Assembly: GCF_018350175.1 (NCBI RefSeq)
Contig: NC_058378.1
Span: 87,482,001-87,546,000, forward strand
Source of the DNA: Felis catus
Lineage: Eukaryota
DNA length: 64,000 nt
Reading direction: 5' to 3'
Part shown: positions 24,501-34,900 of the stretch, piece by piece
Numbering within the stretch: the first letter of the stretch is position 1
How the letters are laid out: each line of letters opens with the position of its first letter
Made by a program: the position numbers and the translations under genes
The notes under the pieces: model-generated
Seen by the model: the letters and a program-made list of their open reading frames with translations, nothing else
What the model was told of the DNA's origin: nothing
The model's database searches: none

Positions 24501-27500
24501 AGAGCTTCCAGAGTTTTCCTGCCACGGACTAACACCTGACGCCCCGTGGGCTCTGGCCGCACAACACGCCGGTCCTGCCGATGCTCCCGCGGGAGGGCCG
24601 GCACGTCCCCGGGGGCGGGAGGGCAGGCACGTACCCAGGGAGGCCAGGATGTCCAGGGTGCGCATGGCTGGCTGGATGTAGAACCAGAGCTTCTGCAGGG
24701 ACAGGAGGCCCTGCCTCTGCAGCTGCTCCAGCTGTGTGACCAGGATCAAGTACTCCTTCACCAGGGCCCTCATGGCGGCCGCCAGGGCGTGGTTCACCTG
24801 CCCGTATTCGAAGGAAGACTTCTCTTCAATGAACCTAGGAGGGAGAGGGCACCTGAGCAGGCGAGGCTGAGTTTTCAGATCAGATGTCACAAGCTCTGGG
24901 TCCCCTCCCCACTCAAGCTCTTACCTTTGAAGGGAACCCGTAGACACCAGCCCCCTGCACTTGTCCCCAGGCCCTTCGGGACCGTGCCAGGAGTGAAACC
25001 CGGTCACGACAAGACAAGCGCGCTCTTGGGGTTTTGTTTTTGGGGCGCGAGGACTGAGCTGCAGGGATCGGGAGCACCTGGGAAGGCGGGCGCCCACCTG
25101 GTCACCGTGGAGTAACTGGCAGCCACCGGGAGGACCCTGTTCACCAGCTCCCGGATGGACAGGTCGAGGTTGGGGTCCACGAGGAAGGTGCGGCTCTGCC
25201 TCCCGGTGAGAGGCTGGGCGGTGATGTACCTGCCGTCCACACCCACCAGCACGTAGAGCAGGTCCTCCACCACAGCCGACTCCTGGGCCGTCAGGGGCAG
25301 CGTGCCTGCGGGCCGCGGACACCGCTGGGCCATGGCCTCGCGTCCAGGGTCCCCGCTCCCGCAGACCTCACTCCCGACGGAATCTCCTCGGCACACACCC
25401 CCCTCTCCCACCGGCTCCCCGGTGCTACGCCCTCCAGCGCTCACAGGCGAGAACCAGGCTGACGGGGACCGACTGGCCCCGGAGCGGTGCGCCACAGCCT
25501 TAAAGCCCCCGCGGAGAAAAACTCCCACTGAGATAAACGCCCGGCCTTAAAAGGACGTGGTTAGGAATTAAGGAGCACTTCTGCCCTTAAAAGGACGTGG
25601 TTAGGAATTAAGGAGCACTTCTGCCGTAACCTGTTCTCACAGCACTGGTCACGGCCAGCAAGTCTGGGCTGCGGCGCGACAAAAAGATTTTCCTCAAAGA
25701 CTTTAAAAGCGGGTACGCGCAGTATGAGGCGGTCCCCTCACAACCACGCCGCGGACCGAAGGACAGTCGCGAGCCATCCCCAGGGCCGCCCGCCAAACAC
25801 CTCCTGACCCAGGCGGCCCCCTGCCTGTCTCGGCTCACGGGCCCTGACACGACCCCCACTGCTCCCCCCAGCAACACCTGCCGGGAGAGACCGCCGTGCG
25901 CGGGCAGCCAGAGGCAGCAGCGGCAGAAAGGTGTCTCCACGAAGCCGCCCCCCACCCCAGCCTCGCAAGCCGGCCCCACGCGTGCCTGTGTCGGCCCCAC
26001 AGTGCCCCAAGCCGGGGCCTGGCGGCTCAGGGTGGTGCTGCACCACACACGCAGGACACGGGCTCCGAGCAGGCAGCCGCCGTCTGTGGCCCGGGTTACC
26101 CGGCACACGGAGGCGCACTCTGAGCTCTGGCTCCTCTCCATGACCCCGTCACGACAAGATCACCCACAGCTCCCGTTCCTCGTGAGCAGGGCTGGCTTCC
26201 GGGAACGGCCACCAGCCTCGGCTGCCGCTCACTTGAAACCTGAGCGTCACCCCACTTAGAGCCCCGGCGCACGCTCTCAGTGGGGTTAAGGGGCGCAGCG
26301 CCAGGTCAGCTGGTCCTGAGGGAGGGGACCTTGGCCTCAGGGGGCAGATGCCACCCTGCCCCTCCAGCACCCTGCTCTACGTGTGGGAGACAGCACCGCA
26401 AGCCGTGCTGCTGAGAGGCAGGCGAGATAGGAAGGGACTGCTCCGAAGGGGACACTGCACCGCGAACCGCGGCCAGGAGAATGATCCAGCAGGGTCTCTG
26501 TGGCTCGCCAGGGTTTGGGGAGTCGCTGCAGAGGCGACGTGGGGCACAGCCCTGCCGCTCAAAGCCGCTAGCTCTGGGACTGTGGAGAACACCCCAGGGA
26601 GGAGGGACAGGACACGAGGCTCCGTGCCACCAGCCACCTGGGCCAAGTAAAGAAAGCAAAACACCTGTTCCTCAGCCACACTAGCTGCATTCCAATGCCC
26701 ATGAGCTCCATTCAGCTGATGGCACCATACATTCTGGATACAGCATATCCAGAACATTCCTTCAGCACAGAAAACTCTGGGGAGGTAGAGGCCCAAGCCA
26801 GTGAGGGCAGGACAGTGTGTGAGCAAGAAGGGTTGGTGAAGGCTGGGCCCGGGACCAGGCTGGGGCAGCGGGAAGGAAATGAACACAGGAGCCACCCCCA
26901 GCCCCAGGACCTGACAAACAGTGACACCGGTCGCCACGAGAGGAGTGGGGACACCAGAGGGAAGGTCAGGAGCCCCGCGGTAGACACAAACGGCAGACAA
27001 TTGGCCCCATGAGCCAAAATTCAGGGAGACGTCCTAGGGATAGAGACCTGAGATCACAACAGGGGCATGATTCCTTCAAACTAAAAGGTCACTGTGGAGA
27101 GGGAAACAATCAGAAAAGACCCAGGAGCAAACCATGGGACCGCTTGGAAGAGGAGGGGGGGGGCGGGGGAGGACAGACACAGGGAGGACACAAGAGCTCG
27201 GCCCTCCTGAGCACAAAAGCACAGGAAGAACGGTGCCCCTCGCCGCTCACACACGCCAGATGTCAGAAACAGACGTACCGCATACCTATAGGCACAGCCA
27301 TGTCCGTGTTGATGCCTGAGCCAGGCAGGAAGTCCCCAAGGAGGGTGGGTCTGTCGTATACCCAAGGTGGAAAGACGGGGAGGCGCTGGCCTGAGTTTTT
27401 TTTGTTCTGCTTATCTCGAAGCAACTTTCTTGTCAGTTCCAGAGACTGCCGAGGGTGTTTTCAAAAAACAAAAAAAATATATACTTTTAGTACAAACGCT

Positions 27501-30500
27501 TAACGCTAACACATACGGCACTGGAGAGATCGCCTGCTCAACGCAAATGAGGAAGCGGGATGACTGTCTCCACGCCCGTCACAGTGTGAGGAGCTGGGGA
27601 CGAGACGGGAACCCAGCCTCTTGTCAGGGTCCCAGTCTGTGCAGAACCCACAGGTAAACCGGCAACACCAGCAACAGGCTGCACCTTTCTGGGGACAACT
27701 CACACGGACCCCGTCACTTTTCCCGGAGACACAAGGTCTAGTCACGACCTGATGGGTCACGGATGGGTCAAGGAAACCAGGCCACCCCCCCCCCCCCAAA
27801 ACAGCCAGCTGGAGAAGGGCGGGCGTAGAGGAGAGATCCACCCAGGGAAAGGCCGACCCCCGACACGCCCGGAGCAGCAGTCCTCCTGCGGAACCAGCCA
27901 CCAGAAGCTGACCAGGGCAGGCCGAGGTGGCCCGGCTGTCAGCAGGGCCAGCTCAAAGGTGGCCAGGGAGAGAAGCAGGTGCAGACCATTTTCTCGTCGA
28001 TCACACAGGGTGGCAGTGCGGGGACACGGGAGGTGCTGATAGGACACGCCCACCGGCACTGGCTGTCATGTGTCAGAGCCATGGTGCTCAACAGGCACGT
28101 GCTCTGCTCAGACCCTCGTGGGGACGCAGCTCTGAGGGAGCTTGAGAGCCACAGAAGTTACAGCCTAAGAAGACAGCTGTCCCTCAAGTGACCAGGGCAG
28201 GACACGAAATCAAAAGCAAGGAAAAACAGTAAGCAGAGAAGATAGAACACGACGTAGATGAAATTATCTACAAAATACAACCTTAAGAAACAAACTGTGA
28301 AAACCTAATGGATGGAAACGGAGACTCACAGTATACAGGGCAAGACCCACACGAGTGCCTCGGACACGCGAGCCCAGAACAGGCGAGCCGGTGCGGGTGA
28401 CGCAGCGCCTCGTGTTTCTGACCTGCAGCGTGCGTCAGAACTGCCGTCCCTACGCAGCTAGGTCCCCATCGGGAGCGAGCCGCAACCCCTCCACGTCCAC
28501 ATTCCTCTCTAGCTCGCACACACCCACCGCCGCACCTGCTCCAGCAGGCGTGGCCCATGGACGGCGGGTGCAGTACCTGCTGGAGAGTGGAGCCTGTGGC
28601 CACGCTGCCGAGCTGCTTCCTCAGCTCTTCCAGCTCCTGCATGGAGATTTTGGAGGCCGTGGCGGGGCCGCTGAAGCCGCTGGTGCTGCTGCCTGCAGCG
28701 CTGGCCGCGAGCTCGGCTCTCTCTTTGGCGTTCTGTTGTAAGTACTGCAGGGTCTGAAAACACACGAGACCCTACATTACACGCCTGTGCTCTGCTGGGC
28801 ACGGCCAGGCCCCCTCCTTCCCTCCTGACCCCAGCCACCCACGGAGGGCAGTGGCAACTCCCGAGTCTGTGGGCCGCAGTCTCTCCGTGTTTTCTGCCGT
28901 GAGGTGTCACATCCTCAGACAGAGAGGAAGATAATCCCACGGATGATTGACAGCCAACTCCCAAACCCTGTTCCCAACTCAGCCTTTTCTCTACGCTCGG
29001 CCAGTCTCCCGTCCCGCACGTGGCAAGAGCTCTTCCCTCTGTGTGACGGTCAAACATGCCTGGTGTGGCACCACAACCTTCTCCAGACCCTGGGCCTGCG
29101 AGTGAGAGGCCCAAGCACATCCCCAGACGCCCTTGGGTGCAACAGCATCTCCGGCCTTGACGTGACGCTAGGTGTTTCTCTTAGGGTCACAAGTAACATG
29201 CCCATTCAAAACAGACAAAACCCCTGCGTGAGACTATGAAATACAAAACCCTCCAACCACAGGGATAACCACGGTCAAACTTCCCAGGGGCACCGCCAAC
29301 ATGAGCTACTGTTCCTCCTGATGCACCACCGACACACCCCTGCGGTACATCAGAGTGCTGCTAGCACAAGGCAGGGAAGGAGCCCCGTGTTGCGTGCTGC
29401 AGGCGAGCAGAAACGTGCCGTCCGACAGCAGACTCACGATGTGTTATCGCAACTGAGCCAACCCACGTGCGTAGAACAAGTTAATCAGAGCAGCTCCACA
29501 CACAAGCTCCGTCAGGAGCACGCATCACACTCTCAATGAGTCCACAGCCATTACCTCTCTGTCTTCCGTGAGTTTCGATAACAGGTACACCAGTGGGTCA
29601 AGGTTCCTTGTGTTTTTAGATTTCAGTTCATCATATTTCTTTAGAAAGTCTTCTGGAGTACGAGAAAATTCTGCTATTTTAACCTCAAAAGCATAAACAT
29701 GAAAGATTTAGTGACAATAATAAACAACTGTTAAAAATCTTCCAGGGGCGCCCGGGTGGCTCAGCCGGTTAAGCGTCCGACTTCGGCTCAGGTCATGATC
29801 TCGCAGTCCGTGAGTTCGAGCCCCGCGTCGGGCTCTGTGCTGACAGCTCGGAGCCTGGAGCCTGCTTTGGATTCTGTCTCCCCCTCTCTCTCTGCCCCTC
29901 CCCTGCTCATGCTCTGCCTCTCTCTGTCTCAAAAATAAGTTAAAAAAATGTTAAAAAATTTTTTTAAATCTTCCAGAAAATTAAACACGAAAACCAAAAC
30001 AGTGAAATTAGGTAGGTTAAATAATCATACACCCCTGAAATAAAACTTAAACTCAACAAAACATCTCATTAAACCTACCCATGATCTCCCACAATTTCCC
30101 TCCTGTGTGCTTCCTCAGCCTGAGATCAGGAAATGACCATTTAGATCTTTCTACCAGTTTATGCATTCACTTTACACACTTAACTCTAGGGGCTCCTGGG
30201 GGGCTCAGTCAGTTAAGTGTCCGACTTCAGCTTGGGTCATGGTCTCTTAGTCCGGGGGTTTGAGCCCGTGTCAGGCTCTGCGCTGACAGCCCAGAGCCTG
30301 GAGCCTGTCTCCCTCTCTTTGCCCCTCCCCTGCTCATACTTTGTCTCTTTCTCTTGCTCTCAAAAATAAATAAACATTAAAAAATATATATGCATTGGGG
30401 CGCATGGGTGTCTCAGTAGATTAAGCATCCAACTTCAGCTCAGGTCATGATCTCACAGTTCATGGGTTCCAGCCCTGTGTTGGGCTCTCTCCCCCTCCAC

Positions 30501-31795
30501 AGCTTGTGTTCTCTCTCTTAAAAGTGAATAAACATTACAAAAAACTGTTTTTTAAGTTTACGCATTTAACTCTATTCCCTCTGGAACCAGGGATAGGCTC
30601 AGCGGTTATGTTCACTCACTGATTTATGGTGCTCCCCTTGTAATAAATTAAGATCACTTCTGTGTTCCCAGTCTGTCTGTTCAGTGAATTTTTCTAATTA
30701 TCATTGTGCCATTATTAAACTATTTATTAAAAAAAATTTTTTTTTAATGTTTTATTTATTTTTGAGACAGCAAGAGACAGAGCATGAACGGGGAGGGTCA
30801 GAGAGAGAGGGAGACACAGAATCCGAAAAAGGCTCCAGGCTCTGAGCTGTCAGTACAGAGCCCGACGCGGGGCTTGAACTCATGGACCGTGAGATCATGA
30901 CCTGAGCCGAAGTCGGACGCGTCACCGACTGAGCCACCCAGGCACCCCATCATCAAGCTATTTAAATAATACAAGCTTTACAGAGTGTTTCTAAAAACAA
31001 ATTTCAAAATTATCTCGTACTGAAGATCCGTAATTTTGAATTATATGCTATTTGAATAAAAACAGAAAAACCTGCTTTAGAGGGATTGCAATGCAGTTGA
31101 TACAGAAGCTTCCTTTCCATCCGGAGGAATATCTGAGTCTCCTTCCTCAGGGGACTCAGAACCTGGGTTCTGAGGTCAGGGTGACAGCCCAGCAGTCTCC
31201 CTGAGCCACCATTTATTCATTTGTACAACAGAGTGAGTAACAAGGGCCATTATGAGGAAGCATCAGAAACACGGAGTTGAGCAGAATTCTTGGTCCAAGA
31301 AAAGCCTTTGACAAGTATTGTCTGCCATCTGCACTGGTAATGCTGTGGCTGCTCAGTCAGGAAGCTTATGAACTTTGTGCACAAACTGTACCAGGGACAG
31401 GGCCCATCTTGTCCAGTGCACAACACTGCACCAGGACGGGGCCCATCTTGTCCAGTGCATAGCACTGTTCCAGGACAGGGCCCACCTTACCTAGTACACA
31501 GCACTGTACCAGGACAGGGCTCACCTTACCCAGTGTACACAGTGCAGCAACAGGACGGGGCCCACCTTGTCCAGTGCACAGCGCTGCACCAGGACAGGGC
31601 CCACCTTGTTCAGTGCACCCAATGCAGCACCAGGACGGGGCCCACCTTGGCGCTGTGTGCAGATACAGTGGTAGTGACATATGGGGTCCTATTCTTCTGC
31701 AGCAGGTCGATATAGACCTCAGCACCATCCCCTCCGTGGACACGCAGCAAGCTGAGCAGCTCATTGACGTCGTGGTGAATCCGAAACTCACTCAT
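15501..31795 (-). CDS. TUBGCP2: Gamma-tubulin complex component 2 (GCP2), 17 coding exons, 905 aa
   Basis: Exons: 31795-31646, 29683-29555, 28753-28577, 27445-27286, 25305-25098, 24834-24635, 24325-24136, 22925-22780, 21395-21215, 20602-20422, 19690-19518, 19228-19100, 18690-18570, 18219-18076, 17560-17432, 16766-16603, 15636-15501. Sum 2718 nt in frame. Starts MSEFRIHHDVNELLSLL; contains SIKRYFLMDQGDFF and RLDFNGFY. A non-coding first exon ends at a GTGAG donor near 34314. Confidence 0.97.
20023..20250 (+). mobile_element. Tigger2/MER8-like DNA transposon fragment
   Basis: Begins tacagctgacccttaaacagc...gaaaatccacgtgcaacttctgact, resembling the Tigger2/MER8 terminus (from memory of the consensus). 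Confidence 0.6.
21830..22640 (+). mobile_element. MER21-family solo LTR (ancient ERV)
   Basis: Motifs ctcctaaaactcttgg, agcttcagggtgagggctggt, atcaatcatgcctgcataatgggacctccataaaa and cagtgataacagaatt resemble MER21. Confidence 0.6.
23252..23444 (-). mobile_element. CAN-SINE
   Basis: Reverse-oriented SINE head and body with T-rich tail. Confidence 0.88.
23477..23676 (+). mobile_element. CAN-SINE (felid type), truncated by assembly gap
   Basis: ggggcgcctgggtagctcagtcggttaagcgtccgacttcggctcaggtcatgatctc... Confidence 0.92.
23677..23806. other. Assembly gap (N run)
   Basis: 130 N bases. Confidence 1.
25545..25624. repeat. Perfect 40-bp tandem duplication in a TUBGCP2 intron
   Basis: ccttaaaaggacgtggttaggaattaaggagcacttctgc x2. 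Confidence 0.95.
26665..26780 (+). mobile_element. MER3-like hAT-Charlie fragment
   Basis: gttcctcagccacactagct...agaacattccttcagcacagaaaactct resembles the MER3 3' half. Confidence 0.55.
29745..29965 (+). mobile_element. CAN-SINE (felid type) with target-site duplication aaatcttccag
   Basis: Canonical head, CT-rich region, A tail, flanking TSD. Confidence 0.93.
30189..30565 (+). mobile_element. Two tandem/nested CAN-SINEs (30189-~30385, 30397-~30560)
   Basis: Two SINE heads; ttaactcta flanks the pair. Confidence 0.85.
30733..30948 (-). mobile_element. CAN-SINE (felid type)
   Basis: Reverse head gagccacccaggcacccc, T tail. Confidence 0.92.
31385..31648. repeat. ~40-bp degenerate minisatellite (~7 copies) overlapping the donor of the first coding exon of TUBGCP2
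   Basis: Units such as gcaccaggacggggcccaccttgtccagtgcaca; the last unit overlaps the exon boundary at 31645/31646. Confidence 0.92.
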
Positions 31796-32189
31796 AGTTT
31801 TGGCTCTGAAACAACATCAACAATATGTTCTCCTAAAGCTAAGAAGAAAGCCGTCTACAAAAAACAAAACTGTGCTAACAGCTCTAGTGAAGACGAGGCC
31901 TGAGGTAAACGAGCAGTAGACATAGCACACAACCCATATGCTAATTAACTAATGAATATTAATTTGCAACTGGGCAAGTGAGACTCTAACCTTGTGCGAC
32001 AGAAAACAAGTTCCGCACATACAAATATCATCAACTCATGCTAAACATCGAAAACTGGCCAGAGTCAGGAGTCTTCAAACATAAAAGCAGAACGGTTAAG
32101 CGTCAGCTGGTGCGTAAGTCACTAGCACCCACTTTTAAAATCAGGAGGAGTTCACAATAACCAGTTATGGGCCTGAGGCACAGCAGGGC

Positions 32190-32400
32190 AGGGGCTGCGG
32201 AGTCCCAGGCAGTCTGAACCCTGACTTGGCCAATTCTGGGCTGTAAGGTCCTCGGCAAGGAGCCTGATCTCTCTAGGCTTCTTCTGCCAAGGGGTGAGTA
32301 GTAAATCCTACCCATAGAGGTAGTGCGGAGATCAAATAAAATCATCCTTATAAAACACCAAAGGGCCCATACGGATAAGTTCCCATGGTATTGTTACTAG
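32190..32400 (+). mobile_element. MIR fragment
   Basis: ctgaaccctgacttggcc...ggcaag...atctctctagg...cctacccatagaggtagtgcggagatcaaataa resembles the MIR core. Confidence 0.55.
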
Positions 32401-32825
32401 ACAAGCAGGAACAAATTCCGTTACTACATAGGGCCGACCATGAGGAAACGTTACTGGAGAAATGGCTGGTCTTACCAAAGGAAAACTGCATCTGAGTCAC
32501 CATCAGTTACCTTAGTGACCACGGAAGAGCCTGAACGAGGCACTGCAAACCACAAGCAAGACAGAAAAGACAACACAGAAGTCTCCCCCTGAGGCCTCTT
32601 TGAATCTCAGGCCAATCGGTTTTACACACATTCTACAAGGGTTCCTAAGGAAGGTGGGTTGTCCTACAATGGCTAGACTAGATGTCCTATGATGGATGGA
32701 CTACAAGGTCATGCTAGAGGGCAAGGGCACTGCGTTTACCATGGAAAGAAAACACCTGTCCCCCAGATACAAGTAGGTGGAGACAGGGCTTCAGAAGAAA
32801 GATCATCTAAGTGAATGTGTATTCA

Positions 32826-33024
32826 TTTTAATTTGTTTTAATATTTATTTATTTTGAGAGAGAGCGAGCGAGCAGGGGAGGGGCAGAGAGAGAGGGAGAC
32901 ACAGAATCCGAAGCAGCTCCAGGCTCCGAGCTGTCAGCACAGTGGCTCTCAAACCCATGAACCGTGAGATCATGACCTGAGCTGAAAAGCAGGACGCTTA
33001 ACCGACCGAGCCCCCGAAGCGCCC
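32826..33024 (-). mobile_element. CAN-SINE
   Basis: Reverse-oriented SINE. Confidence 0.88.
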
Positions 33025-33059
33025 CAACGTGAACATTTATTCTAAAACTATCCTCACAT

Positions 33060-33291
33060 GGGGCGCCTGAGTGGCTCAGTCGGTTGAGCGTCTGACTTCG
33101 GCTCGGGTCATGATCTCGCAGTCTGCGGGTTCGAGCCCCCCCCCCGTCGGGCTCTGTGCTGACAGCTCGGGGCCTGGAGCCTGCTTCGGATTCTGTGTCT
33201 CCCTCTCTCTGTGACCCTCCCCCGTTCATGCTCTGTCTCTCTCTCTGTCTCAAAAATAAATAAATGTTAAAAAATAAAAATTAAAAAAAAA
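33060..33291 (+). mobile_element. CAN-SINE (felid type)
   Basis: Canonical head, CT region, A tail. Confidence 0.92.
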
Positions 33292-33829
33292 GTAATTGCA
33301 CAAATGGGCTTGTAAAACAAAATTTGTGAAAAAAAGGTCAAGAGCCCTGATGCTTTTTCAGAGACAGAAAAGTAAAGCATAAGCGATGAATCTGTCCAGG
33401 GCTCTTCTTAGCTGTGAAACGGACTGGGGATGGGGCCACAAGCCTTTACTTCCAGGATGAAGGAGCCAAAAGAGTTTTATTATGCTCTTTAAATGACAGC
33501 TCTAAAATTATCTTCTAATTTTTTAAAGAAACAGTACCCCCCTTCCTGACTATATCGCACGCATGGGTGTACAGGTCCTATCAACGCCGAAGTATCTGGG
33601 GGAGGAGGGGAGTCCGGCCATGGCCACCCCGCCCACCCCCCCATAGTAAGTCTCAAGCGCCCTTGCGTCCCTTGGATCACCCATCGCTGTTTTAACTAGG
33701 TAACTTTCACCAGGTAGGCAGCCGTGTCCGCGGCTGGGCAGAGGCGTCCTCTGCTTTCTTCACCGGCGGGCACTGAGCACCGGGCACAGAGTCCTGCGCA
33801 CCTCAGGAGCTGATGGGAGGGAGGAGACT

Positions 33830-34900
33830 AGACAGACAGGCGGAACGCGCAGGGCCTGACAGGCTACGAGAGAGCCGCTGGACTAAGGTAACGGGAAGCC
33901 ACCGAAGGGCTTTAAACAAGGAAGCATTGCCGTAGGACGTGAATTTTGCAAAGACCACTCTGGCTCCAGTTTGGTTACTGGTCTGGAGACCAGCACGACC
34001 CAGAGGCCGCGCCAGCCCTTCAGGTGGGAGGCAAACGCGGCGTGGACAAGGGTGAGGGTAATGAGGGCAGAGGAGGGGTGGGAGTCTCCACCGCAGGGAA
34101 GCCGCACGGTTAGAGTTTGGGACGTGAACCGTCGGTGGGGCAGCGCACAGGCCAGCTCCGTACCCGAGCGCGGGGTCCAGGGGCGAGACGCCCGCCGGCC
34201 GTGCGTCCCTGAGCGGTCGGCGCACGGCCGGCGGCGGAGCGCGGGGAAGGGAGACTGAGCCCCGCCGCCTCCCCCCCGCAAGGCTCAGGCCCCACCGCCC
34301 GCGGCCGGACTCACCGCGCGTCCGGGCGCCGGTCCGCCTAAGCTCACAGCGAAACCCGCGGCGGCAGCGGAAGTGGCGGAGGTCACTTCCGGCCCCGCCC
34401 CGGCCGGCTCGCGGACGGTGGCCGGCAGGCTGTGGTGCCGCCAGCGCGCAGGGCGATGCAGCTGCCGCCCGCGCTGCACTCCCGCCTGGCGGGGGGACCC
34501 GGGGCGGCCGAGCCGCTGCCGGTGGAGCGGGACCCCGCGGCCGGAGCCCCGCCCTTCCGCTTCGCGGCGCGCCGGGTACGCTTCCCGCGGGAGCACGAGT
34601 TCTTCGAGGTCTGTGAGCCCAGGAGGGAGAGGGCGGTTGTCGGCGGGAGCGGGGCCGGCGGGCAGGGCGGGGGGGCCGTGGGCGGGGCCGACGCTCGCGG
34701 TTGGGGGCAGGACCGTCGGGCGGGGACGAAGCCGACGCTCGCGGATGGGGCTTCGGGCGAGGCGGGGGATACGGGCCGGGGTGCTCGCGGATGGGGCGTG
34801 CGGATGGGGGCGGGGCGGACAGGGGCGGGGCTGGCAGACCGGCCCCGCCCATGATGTGCGTTTCCTGCAGGATGGGGACGTGCTGCGACACCTCTACCTT
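33830..34900. promoter_or_regulatory. Bidirectional CpG-island promoter of TUBGCP2 (-) and ZNF511 (+) with inverted ETS/GABP sites
   Basis: CGGAAGTG 34368-34375 and CACTTCCGG 34384-34392, plus GC boxes. The TUBGCP2 first-exon donor (~34314) is only ~140 nt from the ZNF511 ATG (34456). Confidence 0.85.
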
